A stretch of DNA of 64,000 nucleotides, taken from the NCBI RefSeq assembly GCF_009914755.1, contig NC_060926.1. One strand, 5' to 3'. Below the pieces are notes generated by a model. The model was not told the origin of the DNA, made no database searches, and was given only the letters and a program-made list of their open reading frames with translations. This stretch comes from the human T2T-CHM13v2.0 reference genome, Homo sapiens. Positions 31,471-48,164 of this stretch are shown one piece after another. A program made the position numbers and the translations under genes. Position 1 is the stretch's first letter. Each line of letters starts with the position of its first letter.

Positions 31471-31929
31471 TATTCTTCATTTCACGAAGAATGAAAATAA
31501 TAACCAAAATTTACTGAACATTCACTATGTGCCAAATATAAGCTAAGAATCTGGCATGCATATACTATCTGACATTAAACAAAATTCCAACTAATTAGTA
31601 TGTAATCTACAGACCTTGTTTGTATTGAATTGCCTGGGGAAATATATTGCCTGGGGAAACATTTTATCCTTTAATTTTAGGATGGGAAAGCCTGCCTAAG
31701 TAAGGCATGAATGCTACAATCCAAAATGGAAAGGGTTGCTAATTTTGTCTATATAAAAATCAAATGATTATGTAAGGCAAAAAACACCATGAACAATGTT
31801 CAAGGACAAACTGAGAAAATACGTTTTACATCTATGACCAAAAAAAGGTTAATGTTTACTAATATAAATAAATTCTTAGAAACCAGTAAAAAGTTGAGTA
31901 TCCCACTAGAAAAATGATCTGCAAACACA

Positions 31930-32165
31930 GTAGGAGCTAACATTTATGTGGTGCTTATTAGGTGCTAGACACAATTCAAAGTGCTTTATGAATATAAACT
32001 TATTTAATCCTCACAGCAACCCTATGAAGTAGGCACCGTAATTATTCCTATTTTACAGATAAGGAAACTGAGCCCAGAAATGTTGGTTGTGATTTTTCCC
32101 AAGATCACATAGCCTGTTAGCAGCAAACCTGGAATTGGAACCCAATCTGATCAGCTCCAGATTAT
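31930..32165 (-). mobile_element. MIR SINE
   Basis: ttttacagataaggaaactgag core. Confidence 0.85.
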
Positions 32166-32179
32166 CTAAGCTTGTACTA

Positions 32180-32580
32180 TCCTTGAAAGCAGATCCATGG
32201 TACAAAGACTTGGATGTATGTAATTTATTGGGAAATAATTCCAAGGAGTAATAATGAAGTACCAGATAGAGTGAGATGGGGAAGAGGAAAAACTAGGTAG
32301 GAGTGCTATATTCATGACAGTTAATTTTGAAAATGCTTCTCAAAATCGTCCACTTGAGGATCATCTAGGAGTAGTATTTATTCACCAGCCCCCATCCCCT
32401 ACTGGTTAGGAGTTCTCCTCAGGGCATCAATTTCTCTGTATCCTGGGGCATGCATGTGGGCTTCCTCAGCCCACCAGTGTTTACAGCACCAGGGAAGCTC
32501 TAGGGCAAAAAGTGACAGCACATCCCATGGGTACCTGGAGCATAATGCTTCCAGTATGAAGTCAGTTGAAGCCCCATTGA
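32180..32580 (-). mobile_element. ERVL-type LTR fragment
   Basis: Reverse LTR terminus (aagcagatcc...taatttattggg). Confidence 0.4.
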
Positions 32581-33330
32581 GGAGCCAAGTGACCAGAAGT
32601 TGTGATACTTTAATGTTCTGTGGTACTCACTGGTGGAATCATTCCACGTAGGAATCAGGATTTCAAATGCAGCAGAGCCTAAGATGTCAGGAATGAGAAG
32701 CAAATTCTTGAGCTGATGGTGGGGGGCACCAATCTTTCTTCCACTTTTGGGGACAACGTATCATATATCTACTATATGCCACATCCTAGAGGACAACACT
32801 CTAATCTCACCAGTTTTGTCCTTGAACTGGTGATTTAAATGAGAATTTATCATTCCATCTCTCTATTTATGTGGCTGTTTCTAGGAATGAGGTATAAGTA
32901 ACACCAACACATTCCGAGATCATATACTGATGTTACACTTCCTTCACTGTAAATGCATTGCTTGTGAAAGCAAACTCATATTCAGAGTATTTGTCTATTC
33001 TAGTATGGACAAGTCACTTCTCCCTTCATATGGAAAGGGTCTGATGTAATCAACATTCGACCAAAAAACGGATTTTCCTGTTTCTTCTCATGTCTGCGTT
33101 GGAAATTTGTCCTTTCCTGGGAATTTTTCCATTTCACCAAAATTTTCAAATATATTGCCATCAATTTGTTCATTATATTCTCTTATTATCCTTTGGGGAT
33201 CTGTACGATTTATAGTATTATCTCTCTTTTCATTGGTGTATTGGCTATTTGCTGTCTTTTCTCTCTTTTCTTTAGAGTATTGTCAATTTTGTCAATCTTT
33301 TCAAAGAACCATTGTTCTCATTCAATTATA

Positions 33331-33774
<444 letters not shown>

Positions 33775-33872
33775 TGAATTATTTTTAGAGAGTGCAGTTC
33801 TCTTGTGAAATTCTCCGTTTTGTCATCTATTTTCTTGAACATGGCAATCATGATTATTTTACTTTTATGGGG

Positions 33873-34165
33873 TTTTTTTGTTTGTTTTTTAAGAGGTCGG
33901 TTCTCACCCTGTTACCCAGGCTGGAATGCAGTGGTGCAATCATAGCTCATTGTAAGCTTGAACTCCTGGTCTTAAGCGATCCTACCACCTCAGTCTCCTG
34001 AGTAGCTAGGAATACAGGCAAGCACCACCAAACCTGGCTAATTTTTTAATATGTTGTAGAGATGGCGTCTCACTATGTTGCCCAGGCTGGACTCAAACTC
34101 AATGATCCTCCCATGTCAGCCTCCCAAAGCATTGGGATTAAAGCCACGAGTCACCACCGCTGGCC
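33873..34165 (-). mobile_element. Alu (AluJ-type)
   Basis: Reverse dimer. Confidence 0.92.
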
Positions 34166-34770
34166 TATTATGTTTATTTTAAAGTCTGTACCTGATAACT
34201 CTTGGATATGGATTGTCTCTGTCTGTTGTTTTTGTTTCTGGTCCTTTTATCCAAGGTTCTGGTATGCCTGGCAAATTTTAATTGAATAATTTCCATTGGA
34301 TATGAAAAGTTATATAGGCTTTGGATGATGCTATCTTCTCCAAAGAGGATTTCTTTTTCTTCAAGCAGGCAGTTAGAATAGAGGCAAATCCTTGATCCAG
34401 TCAGAATGAGTTGTCTCAGGGCTGGGTTCCAGTCTTTGAGAGCTGAACTATTTCTGGTTTATCCTTACTCCTAGGAAACAGGTATTCAGGTATCTCAGTG
34501 GAAACATGGAGTGTGGCCCAGGATTGTGTCTCTTCCTCATTAGGCTCTGAATTCCAGTGTTTAGCTCACCAGCACCATGATACTTTCGAAAGCTCTGATT
34601 AATCTTTTAACATCTTGATTTGCACATTATATTAGTAATGTTGCTTACACATTTTAAGTTCCTTGAGGAAAAAAGTAGCAGAGAATTTTAGACTTATCTT
34701 AACTTTCTTCTCTCTCTCCTAAATCTTGGTCTCTCAAGTGCTGGATGTCTCGTTGCTTTCCAATGCCTTT

Positions 34771-35079
34771 ATTTATTTTTTTTAATTTATTTTTTTTTTG
34801 ATATGGAGTCTCGCTCTGTCACCCAGGCTGGAATGCAGTGACACAATCTCGGTTCACTGTACTCTGCCTCCCGGGTTCAAGCAATTCTCCTGCCTCAGCC
34901 TCCCAAGTAGCTGGGATTACAGGCGCCCGCCACCACGCCTGGCTAATTTTTGTATTTTTAGTAAAGACAAGGTTTCACCATGTTGGCCAGGCTGGTCTCA
35001 AACTCCTGACCTTAGATGATCCACCCACCTCGGCCTCCCAAAGTGCTGGGATTACAGGCGTTAGCCACCGTGCCCAGAC
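34771..35079 (-). mobile_element. Alu (AluS-type)
   Basis: TSD tccaatgcctt at 34760-34770 and 35080-35090. Confidence 0.95.
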
Positions 35080-35657
35080 TCCAATGCCTTCAAACAGTTC
35101 TTTTATATTTTAAATTAGTAAATATTTTTTCAGATAATTGTGGCTATTCTCTGATACTACAGCAAAACTTGATAAGTGGTAGTTTCTTAAAGGTTCATTG
35201 CAATATGGAATCTGAAACCATATCAATGAACTTTTTATCCTCAGTTATATTAAAGCCCATGGATCTATCTTTCATTTTAAATGGTTTTATAATATTATGC
35301 ATTGGTCACTTGAAAATTATTAGTTTACTGTTAGCCAGTTCTTCTAAATGTTGATATATTTCATTACAGAATATTTTTGAAATCACATTTGTTAATATCA
35401 TCACCAAACGCAACAAAAAATTATTTAAGTATTGTGAAGCTATCACACTTCAAGTAGCAGATACGAGTTTTCCAAAATGCTAATTTATCAATTGAAAGCA
35501 TAATATGTTCTGCCTAATGATTTCAGTACATTCTGTTGTTACAGGAACCTCTTTAGTAACAAATATGCCAAAAACAAAACACTACTGTATTTGAATATAT
35601 TGCAAGACAACATTTGGATAATGTGTCACAAAAGCTGTAAATAAAAATTTACCTAAA

Positions 35658-35820
35658 GTAGGCACGGTGGCTCACATCTATAATCCCAGCCACTCAGGAG
35701 GCTGAGGGGGGAGGCTCGCTTGAGCCCAAGAGTTGGAGGCTGCAGTTGAGCTATGATCGCACCACTGCACTTCAGCCTAGGCAACAGAGTGAGACCCTGT
35801 CTCTAAATAAATAAATAAAT
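35658..35820 (+). mobile_element. Alu monomer (FRAM/FAM-like) with (TAAA)n tail
   Basis: TSD aaaatttaccta at 35644-35655 and 35821-35832. Confidence 0.88.
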
Positions 35821-36149
35821 AAAATTTACCTATACTCTTCAAAATGTGTACATTCTGTCAGCATAAAAATGACAACTTTAAAGTAGTATTTAACCCTAGA
35901 AATACCGGAACCTGAAAGGCAAATTATGCTACATAGGCCCAGGAGTTGGAGGCTGCAGTCACCTATGATGACACCACTGCACTTCAGCCTAGGTGACAGA
36001 GTGAGAGATCCTGTCTCTAAATAAATAAATAAATAACATTTACCTATACTCTTCAAAATGTGTACATTCTGTCAGCATAAAAATGACAACTTTAAAGTAA
36101 TATTTAACCCTAGAAATACCTCAACCTGAAAGGCAAATTATGCTAAATA
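35724..36149. repeat. ~213-bp tandem duplication (2 units)
   Basis: 35724-35935 aligns with 35937-36149. Confidence 0.95.
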
Positions 36150-39100
36150 AAAAAGTTCGTTAACTATTCATATATGAACAAGAAGGAACAACAGAGAAAA
36201 GGCTTCCCATGGCTAGTGAGTGAAGACAGGAACCCAGATGAAAACCAGTCAACTGGTTTTCACTTTCTATTGTAAGTAGAGAATGGCTGCAGCTACAGAA
36301 GAAGAGAAAGACTGTTAGAACTAGAACCTTACAATTTAATACTGTTTAAAAAAACAACTTTATTTGCCTTTCATACAACCCTTATTTGTAAATTGGCTCT
36401 AACTTACTTGCCAGGTCATTTCAGTTATTAGAAATCTAAAAGGTTGGCTTATTATAAACATTAAACATTATTTTTCTCTTCATAATAATGTTTTAAAAAT
36501 CAGTTTGCAAGGTAGCATATATTATATATACTATTCTGTTAAAGCACATATGTGTCGGGGGGTCTGTAGAGGGTGAGAAAGGTGTGTGGAATCAAGGCCA
36601 AAATTGTGCTCTACGTTCAATGTTCACTGAAACAGTAAGAGGCTTGCTCCAAATGGTAGACTTTGGGATGATTTTTTTAAAAACTTTTCTATATTGTTTA
36701 AATTATCTGCAGCAAACATGCTTTCTTTATGAAAAGAGAAAAAACAATTAAGCTACATTTACTGTCCATCAACTAGTTTCCAAAGTTTGTTTCATCACCT
36801 ATATTACTCTTCATAGCTCAAGAACATTTAGGGAGTTTCCAATTTCCAATATTTGGGGAATTTTCAAAGTCACCAATAAGCTGGTAACACTGCCAGGACC
36901 CAAACACAGGTATTCTAAACTAGGGCTCATACTGTGTTCCTACTGGGTTTTGTTTATTTGTTTGTTTGTGGTATTTGTTTTGAGTTTGTTTTTTTCACTC
37001 CAACAGAAATCACAGTAGGGATTGACTTTTCCAGGACCCTTAAGGAATCTAAAACAAGCCCTTTCCCCAAAGTCCCTGGGTTGACATCTCATGACACCAT
37101 CAAGCTTCTCTTGAAAGACCTGTAGGATGGACATTTTCCCCTTAAGATAACACCCTAAGTTTGCTAATTTGTTGTCATTTTCTGAAACCACAAGATCCTT
37201 CATTTGAATCTAGCCTATAATGAAAAAAAAATTGGGCACCTTAATGGAAGGAAAGAGTGAGAGTATTAATTCTTTTTCCCATTAGATAACAGATTGGCAC
37301 TCGTCTTCAGCAATGGTGAATGCAAAAAAATGTGAATGACAAAACCATGAAGTTCTCCATTTAGTTCTCAACAGACTACAACTGATCTTGGCCTCAAAAT
37401 CCCCTTTCTTCTCTCCCCCTAGTTTATGACTGTCCTGACTCCATACTTCACAGCAATAGCAAATGTTAGTCAGCAAAGGCCCTCATCAACATGATCCAGC
37501 TTATGATTCTTCAGAAACATACTTTCAACGGGAAGAGCAAAGACTTTTTGTATGAGTAATGTCAGAATAAGTACAGAATCTGAGGTTTCTAATACATTTG
37601 CTTAGGTGTTAATATCTTTCATTCTACTTGTGTGTGCATCTTATATATTCTTCATGAGAAATAATTTATTTCTTTCAGAAAAAAAAAAACTTCTCAAAAC
37701 TTTCGTAAGGCACAAAGACTTAGTTTAGTGACTCTTTACAGCGAAAACCCTGAATACGTAAAATCCTGAAGACAAGCTAGAAAGGACTTTTCAGATGGTT
37801 AAAGTTGTGATGCCCTGCATATAGCCTGTATACATTTACCAAATATCTATGTGACAGGCACAGAGGTTGGAGAAATTTGCCTATGTTTTTAAGGATTTAT
37901 GACCTAATAATACAACACAGCCTGATAAATATAAGCAATGTATCCACAGAGTGTTAAAGGAGCATAAAGAGGGAACACTTAACTCTCCTTCGGGAGTAAA
38001 AAGGAAGGATTGGAGAAAAAAGTTATCTATAAACTGAATATTGAAAGGTAAATAATTAATATGGCTGACAGAGGAACAATGAATATAATAAAAGTCATTT
38101 ATTTAGTGCATTATAGTTCTCGACAACTTTATTTAATAGATATTTTTATCTATCTATGATATCCTTGTCACATATTATTTATGTCAAAGTTCTTATCTTT
38201 TATATGTTTTTGGAGGCCAATGTTACAGACTCTAAAAAAAAATTTCATTGATACTTATTAGATATGTAACAGGCCCTAAAAAGTTAGGAGTCTTAGAAAA
38301 TGGTAGCTCTGCAAAAAGACAGTTTAGAAACACCCTCTAAATATGTATGCACTAGGCATATTATTCAGTCCAAAATTCCCCCACCTATTCAGTAAATATT
38401 TTTTAACATTATTGGAAAATTTGAGACTCATAAAGTGATGGCTTTAATATATTATGATGATTTTAGCTTCTTACTAAATTTGGTAGATTTTCTAAACCTA
38501 GATAAAACAAAATGCAATGAATGAAATGGACAAATTCCTACAAGGACACTAACTACCAAAACTGACTCAAACAGAAATAGAAAATCTGAATAAACCTGTA
38601 ACAAGTTAGGAGGGTGAACCAGTAATTAACAGCCTACCAACAGAGAAAATTCAATACTTTACTTGTGAATTCTAAGAAACATTTACAGAAAAATTAACGC
38701 CAATCATTCTCAAATGCTCCCAAAAAATTAAAGAGGAGAAAACATCTCCTAACTCATTCTGTGAGGCTAGAATTGTCACGAGACGTGAACCAGATAAGAA
38801 AAAAATACTATTAAAAAAAAGAAAATTATAGGCCAGAATGTCCCTTATGAATATAGATATAAAAATTATCCACAAAATACTAGCAAGCCAAATTTGGTAG
38901 CTTATTAAAAGGATTACATACCATGACCAGGTGGAATTTATCCCCAGAATGCAAGGGTGGCTTAACATTCAAAAATCAATCAATATAATACACCACGTTA
39001 AAAAAAGGAAGGGAGGGAAAAAAACAGCGTGATGATCTCAGTGGCTGCAAAAGAAGCATTTGACAAAATTTAACAATGTTCCATGACAAAACACTCAAGA

Positions 39101-39684
39101 AACTAGGAATAGAAAAGAACTTCCTCAACATGATAAAACTGATATAGGAAAAACTCACAGCTATCATCATACTCAATGGTGATAAAAACAAAAGCTTTTC
39201 CCCTAAGATCAAGAACAAGAGAAAAATGCCCACTTTCACCATTTCTATTCAACATAGTACTAGAAGTTCTCACCAGAACAATCAGGCAAGAAAAAGAAAT
39301 AAGAGGCATCCCAATGGGAAAGGAACACGTAAAACAATCTCTATTCAAAGATGATATAATTCTTATGTAGAAACCCATAAAGAATACACACTCTCCCCAG
39401 GCCCCCCAACACACACACACTGTTAGAGCTAATAAACTAAGTCAGCAAAGTTGCAGAACACAAAATCAACACACAAAAATTTTTTGTATTTCTATACACT
39501 AGCAGTGAATAATCTAAAAGGAAATTAAGAAAAGAATTCTAGTTACAATTGCATCAAAAAGAATAAAATACCTAGGAATAAATTTAACCAAGGAGGCAAA
39601 AGCCTTTTATGCTGGAAACTACAAAACATTGCTGAAAAAAAAATTAAAGGAGACACAAATAAATGGAAAAACATTCTGTGTTCA

Positions 39685-39992
<308 letters not shown>

Positions 39993-40006
39993 AAGACTTA
40001 ACATGG

Positions 40007-40471
<465 letters not shown>

Positions 40472-40943
40472 TCAACAACGGTACCATGACCATCCAATGA
40501 AGAAAGAAAAGTCTTCTCAACATATGATGATGAGACAATAATATATCTATATACAAAACAATAAAGTTGGATCCTTACTTCACGACTTCGCACCATATAT
40601 GAAAATTTAAAATCGATCAAAGACCTAACATATAAAACTATACAACTCTTAGGAAAAAACAGAGGGGCAAATCTCTATTACTTTGAATTTGGCAATGGTT
40701 TCTAAAATATGACACCAAGAGCACAGGCAACAAAAGAAAAAAATAGATAAACTGGACTTCATCAAAATTTTAAAACTTTTGTGTATCTAAGGGCACACTC
40801 AATAGAATGAACAGTTAACCCACAGAATGGGAGAAAATATTTGTAAATCATATATGTGATAAAGCTCTAGTATCCAGAAAATATAAAGAACTCCTACAAC
40901 CTGACAACAAAAAGACAAAACCCAATTTAAAAGTGGACGAGAA

Positions 40944-41246
40944 AGCTGAGCACAGTGGCTCACACCTGTAATCCCAAAACTTTGGGAGGCTGAAGCAGGT
41001 AGATCACCTGAGGTCAGGAGTTCAAGACCAGCCTCGCCAACATGGTGAAACCCTGTCTCTACTAAAAATACAAAAAATTAGCCAGGCGTGGTGGCACACA
41101 CCTGTAGTCCCAGTTACTCAGGAGGCTGAAGCAGAAGAATCACTTGAACCCAGGAGGTGGAGATTGCAGTGAGCCGAGATCACACCACTGCACTCCAGAC
41201 TGGGTAAAAAGAGTGAAGCTCCAACTCAAAAAAAAAAAAAAAAAAA
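40944..41246 (+). mobile_element. Alu (AluS-type)
   Basis: Complete dimer with A tail. Confidence 0.95.
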
Positions 41247-41869
41247 GACAAAGAATTTGAACAGACATTTATCCAAAGAAGGTATATAAATAGCCAAAAA
41301 GTACATGAAAATATACTCAATGTCGTTAGTCATTAGTGGAATGCAACTCAAAACCACAATGAGATACAACTTCACACACATTAGGATGACCATAGTAAAT
41401 TAAAACCAGAAAACAATAAGTTTTGACTGGATGTGGAGAAGCTGGAATTTTTGTACATTGCTGTACAGGCACTGTCAAAAACTACCTGATGGTTTGTCAA
41501 AATGTTAAACATGGAATTATGATATCACCCAGCAATTTCACTTCTAGGAATATAAGCAAAATAATTGAAAACAGAGACTCAGGCAGATACTTATACACTG
41601 AAGTTCATTTTAGTATTATTCACAATTGCCAAAACATGGAAATATCCCATGTCAATTAACAGATGAATAAACAAAATGTTGTATGTGCATGCAATGGAAT
41701 ATTATTCAGCCATAAAAAGGAATGAAGCCCTGACATATGCTACAACATGAATAAACTTGTAAGACATTGTGCTAAGTGAACTATGCTAAGCAGAAAACAT
41801 TATGCTAAGTCAGACACAAAAGGAGAAATATTAAATGGCTGTACTTATGTGAGATATCTAGAATAGGCA

Positions 41870-42166
41870 GGCCGGGTGCAGTGGCTCAGGCTGTAATCCC
41901 AACACTTCAGGAGGCTGAGGCAGGAGGATCGCATGAGCCCAGGAGTTCTAGACCAGCCTGGGCAACATGGTAAGACACTGTCTCCACAAAAAATAAAAAT
42001 TAAAAGTCAGCCATGTATGGTGGTGTGTGCCTGTAGTCCCAGGGGAGGATTCAGGAGGCTGAAGTGAGAGGATCACTTGAGTCTGGAGGTCAAGGCTGCT
42101 GTGAGCTATGATCACACCACTGCACTCCAGCCTGGGTGATGGAGCAAGACTGTCTCAAAAAAAAAA
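41870..42166 (+). mobile_element. Alu (AluJ-type)
   Basis: TSD tagaataggca at 41859-41869 and 42167-42177. Confidence 0.95.
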
Positions 42167-42863
42167 TAGAATAGGCAAATTCACAGACACAGAAAATAGA
42201 ATGGTGGTTACCAGGGTCCATGAGGAAGGGAAAATGGGAAATTATTGCTCAATGGGTACATAGTTTTGATGATGAGAAATTCTGGAGATAGTGATGATGA
42301 TTGCACCTTGGGAATATGCTTAATGCCACTGAATTGTATATTTTAAAATTGTTAAAATGACCACAATCAAAAGAAATTCAAACAACAGCAATAAAATGGA
42401 AGTCAACAATACATAGGCAGCTTCACTGCACTTTCTTTTTGTAGAAGATCTCTCTATTTGGCAATCAACATAGACTAAAAAATATCTTCAAACCTTCTCA
42501 TGTTTTTTGTCTCCCTTAGGGACAAATTCTGAACTTCTTGCTCCTTTTCTGCAAACTAAGACAAACCCCTACTCACTTACTTTTCAAAAGCAAAAGTGTA
42601 ATTTGAAACATTTCTACTCCAAATGAACTCAGGAGGTTTTTTGGTCAACCTCCAGGTGCAGGGATGACTACCTTACTCATTTGGCTCCTCAATGGCAATA
42701 GTATTTCAATGGGTTAACTCTTCATATAAAGAGGCACAAGCAAAATCCATTATTTCTTTTCACTTCTGCAAACTTCTTTGTATGTAGTTGAAAAAATAAA
42801 AGAATAAATGAAATGAATCATAAACACTCAAGTTTTCTGATTTTTCAGTGATGAAGGTATGGC

Positions 42864-43176
42864 TTTGTTTTGTTTTGGAACAGGGTCTTGCTCCATTGTC
42901 CAGGCTGAAGTACAGTGGCACAATCATAGCTTACTGCAGCCTTGACATCCTGGGCTCAAGTGATCCTCCTGCCTCAGCCTCCTGGGCAGCTGCGACAAAA
43001 GGTACACACAACCATGACTGGCAAATTTTTTTTTTTTTAATTTTTTTTTTTTTTTGTAGAGCCAAGAGTCTTGCCGTGTTGTTCAGGCTGGTCTCAAACT
43101 CCTAGCCTCAAGCAATCCTCCCACCCTGGCCTCCCAAAATGCTGGGATTAGAGGTATAAGCCACCCGCGCTCGACC
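42864..43176 (-). mobile_element. Alu (AluJ-type)
   Basis: Reverse dimer. Confidence 0.92.
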
Positions 43177-43329
43177 AGCAGGTACGTTTTCTTTTTATTC
43201 CACATCAATTCAACAAATAACAATTGACTTAGCTATGACATGAAAGGTTTTGTGGCAGGCATTGTAAGGGGTAGACACAACATTGTCTAATATGTCATTC
43301 TTGCCTTGCAGGAACTACTAATTTTAAAT

Positions 43330-43665
43330 AGAATTCAGCAAACTATAGGCCAAATCCACCAACTTCTGGTTTTAGTACAGCCCACAAGCTAAAGATAGTT
43401 TTTACGGTTTTATATGACAGAAAAAAAATCAAAAGAACGATATTTCGTGACATGTGAAAATTGTGTGAAATTCAAATTTTAGTGTCTAAAAATCAGGTTT
43501 TATTGAGCACAGCTATACCCGTTCATTTATGCATTGACTGTGGCTGTTTTCACACTGCAACAGCAGAGTTGAGAGTTATGACAGAGACCATACAGAGACC
43601 ACACAGAGACCACACAGCTTGAAATATTTACCACCAGACCACTTACAGAAAATGTTTACCAATAC
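43330..43665. mobile_element. MER58-type hAT-Charlie DNA transposon
   Basis: gcaaactat..ggccaaatc and gtgaaattcaaattttagtgtc motifs. Internal 3x acagagacca(t/c) repeat at ~43581-43615. Confidence 0.75.
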
Positions 43666-43852
43666 ATAATCCAAAAGGCAAAGTGAAATAAATAGCAAAT
43701 AACAGCAAATTCAGGGAGAATGGGTTAAACACCATGTGAGTGACACCCACCCTGTGCTGAGTGTTGGGTGACCACAGAGAACAGGGTGATCAAAGAAGGC
43801 ATCATGAGGCTGGCCTTGGAGGATAAAGAGTTTCAGTAAGAGACAATTCAGG

Positions 43853-44371
<519 letters not shown>

Positions 44372-45199
44372 TTACCTGCTCTTTATTGCATGCTACAAGT
44401 CATGAATAGTCACAAACATCAAATTTTAAACACAGTAGCACTTTAATTCTCACTCAACACTATCATCTGGAATTCAGTGCATTCTAAGAATTATTAGAGC
44501 CAAGTACATTAAAAAATTGTATAATCTGAGAAATAGGGTGCACTTGGATTGAATTGATCAATAGTCATACTATCGCAATTTGAATAAAATGAATATGAAC
44601 ATCTATGATTTATTTCTCTTTGGGTAGATGTGCCATTCTACCCCAAAAAATGTCCAACATTGTATGTGTATATTAGTATGTCAAGTCTATACCTGTAAGT
44701 GTGGTGGCTTAAAAGGTCATTAATAAAAATGTGTCAATTCCCAGAAATCCTGTATGACTGCCAAAGTAGATGAACTGTGTCAGTAATCCAAAGGTCATAA
44801 GCCCTGCAGCTTGATGGTCACTAAGTAGTCAATTTTTTACCCCTTTGCCAAGGTGTTTTCTTAGTTTAGAACCTTCCCAGAAAATCTCTCTTAGGAGAAA
44901 GCAAGGTTCCACCCAACCCTTGGACCCTGAGATGATTAAGGTAACTGTTTTACTTGATAAACCGTGAAGGAGGTTAGAAAAGGAAATGTTTAGCTCTAGC
45001 TGCTGCCTTTGTACACATTAAAAAGGTACAGGGCTTCCTGGACAAGCCTGACTGTGCTGCTTTGCCAAAGCTGGGGTCAGGCAGCACTTCCCAAGGGAGG
45101 CTAGCTGGTGTTATGCAAAGACGGTATTTTCAACAAGTTCCTCCAAATCCTCCCAATAATGGAGCCAATGAGCCTACCACAGACAACCACCAATAAGAG

Positions 45200-45385
45200 C
45201 TACACTGCCCGAGTTTAAATCCCAGTTCTTTTCCCCCAGCTGTATAACCTTGGCAACACAACCTTGGTTTGTAACCTACCTGTGATTCAGTCTCTTCATC
45301 TATGAAATGGGAATAACAATAGTGTTTACCCCACATGGTTTTGATGACAATTCATATTCAGTAACAATCAGTTATTATTATTGTA
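45200..45385 (+). mobile_element. MIR SINE
   Basis: cagtctcttcatctatgaaatgggaataac. Confidence 0.65.
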
Positions 45386-47269
45386 GCTCCAACATGAGTG
45401 ACCTAGGAAATCAAGGTACCCACTCTTTCTTCCTGTCAAGGAGTCCTTAGTGTTCCCCAAGGCCCATTTTATTAGTGACCCCATGTAACTCACCATATAG
45501 TATAAGCTTCCATTTCTGTGCAATTTCTTTGCTTACCACCCTTCATCCATTCCCATGAAGTCCTTTGTGAGATGTAATAATTTCAGCCTCAGAAAAGGTC
45601 TGCACTTTTAATTTGCAAAATGGAGGAACAAACTAGAACTCTTATTATTATAGATACCTATCTGTTACTGGATGGTCTAGCTGGAGACCATCTGAATGGT
45701 ATTATATTTATAGCTGAGGTCTCCACAGTTGAGAGTGGGACTATAGATTCCCTTAGATCTTTCAAGGGTCCCAAGACCTGGAAGCACTTTTAACTAAGCT
45801 GATATTCCTCTGGCCCAAGAACTAGATAGGTGACTAGAATAAGAATCAGTGACCAAGACCACTAACTGTTAATACTCAAGAAGTCTCATAAAAACAAACC
45901 TAAAATGGTATGGAAGATTTGTTGAAGAATAGTCCATGAAAAATAAACTGTTTCAGAGGAACTTCATTAAAGATTGAGGTTTTGTACTTACTTATCAGAG
46001 AACTAATACAGTGTCTAATTTCAAACCTCTTCAGTAAAGATGTTTTTTGTTGTCTTTTTTGTGGGTTTTTTTGGACTTAGGAAGTGTCAAAGATCCATAT
46101 GGGTCAATGGGTTAATTCTGATGAAAAGAGAAGCTTCTCTTACTTGCTTTAGAAGCTTTATAGCACTACATCAGAGTAGATAATAAATAACTAATTTGTG
46201 TCTTTGGGGCTGCTGTAGACTCATCAACAAAAAAGAAAAAGAATGCTATTTCCCTGTTCCAATCTAAAAAATACAGCCAGGTCTTTGTGCTTTGAGTTTT
46301 GGGTTCCTTTGCTCAGAAGAGAGAGATAACAATGTTCTGTGTGTTTCCTAAGCTGCCTTTTGGGAAGGCTCAGCCCATTCAAGGAAATGATATTAAAGCT
46401 TCCGTGCATCCAAGGAAAGGAGAGGTTTTGCCTAGACACTGAAGTATTGTCGAGTCCCTGAAAGACTGGCAGAGGAGAGGAATGGGATTCTATTAGAAGT
46501 TAAGCCTACACCAGCTTCCTCAAAGTGCCCTATATGTTGAAGGGGGCTGGGCACATGGATGCTTGAGGAGGACCAGACCCTTGGGAATAGCAATGAGGCT
46601 CTCCATGGCCAAACTTGTAGAAATTAGAGATGTTCTCAGTGAAGGACACCTGGAGGTGAACAGTGAAGGGCCAGGACATGAAAAGGGCATCAAGTAGTGG
46701 GAGGAATAAACTGGTAATGGTGACCACTATGTTTCAAAGACCCAGCTCTCCTTATCATGTTTCTAAGGGTAGGGTTCTTGCACAAGCCAATGGCAGACGA
46801 ATGATTTATATTGAACTGTTTATCAACCTTGGCAAATTGGAATTCAGAAGTAGATTCAATTTTATTTCAAAAAATCAAAACGAAGTGATGAATCATGATG
46901 GAAAAATCCATGCCTGTTATAGACTTTTTTACTCCTCAACAAAGTGAGAATAATAATAATAACCATATCCATCTCAAAAGTTACTGGTGTAGCAAAATGA
47001 GATATACCGTGTAGAGTAAAAAGTGCACTTCAAAGATTTCTTGTACTGTTATAGATACCCTTAGACATGGTTAGCACAGACCTTCCTTCCCTTGCTGGAG
47101 TGCTGACTAACCATTTGCCATCTCTCTCTCCTTTGCACTCAAATAAGTGAAGGTTCAGTTTATTGCAGCCAGCAAGAGTAGTTCTACGAATGTCAGGAAA
47201 AGGAGACAAACCAATGGCCGGGCTTCTGCTCTCTTGAGATTTACATTTCTCCCCCATACCAACGCCCAG

Positions 47270-47420
47270 TGCTAACATAAGGCTATAGAGCAGAAGCCCA
47301 TATTGCTGTCCAGGCACCCTAGACCAATTAAGTCAGAGTCTCTGGGAGTAGGGCCTGAGCAGTACTAAGGTTTAACATCTTCCAGGTGATTCCAGTGTGC
47401 AGCCAGATGGAGAGCACTGA
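47270..47420. mobile_element. MER5A-like DNA transposon
   Basis: cagagtctctgggagtagggcc...ccaggtgattccagtgtgcagcca. Confidence 0.7.
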
Positions 47421-47889
47421 CCTTGGGGATGCTATTGTTTAGGCAATGTTAATAACTTTATAGAGCTGGGCAGACAGGATGATTAAAAGAAGAACTTGAA
47501 GCAAGTTGAATTTTCAGGCAGTTGTAAGATTCGTATTGGCTTTGTTATAAATTTCATTTGTGAAATGTGTGCCTATGAAAGAGTTTTCTAGGTCAAGTCT
47601 ATTTTTCTAGTCCAGGGAAGTTGACTTATCTCTTCTTGCAACAACTGCCCCTAGACCCACCAAATAAAGGATTCTTAATCCTTTCCTGTGACTTCTTTTT
47701 TGTTTTTAACATTTCTCTTATTATCCACTCTAGGAATGGCTTCTGAAGTTATGGTGACTTTTAAGCATGATTATAGTGAATGCAGAAATCTAGCCAAACA
47801 ATGTAGGAAGCTTTATTCAGCCTGAAAGCCACCACTATGACTCTTGGAAAAAATACATTGAAGGGGAAATGGTTTGAAATTCTGACTCC

Positions 47890-48164
<275 letters not shown>

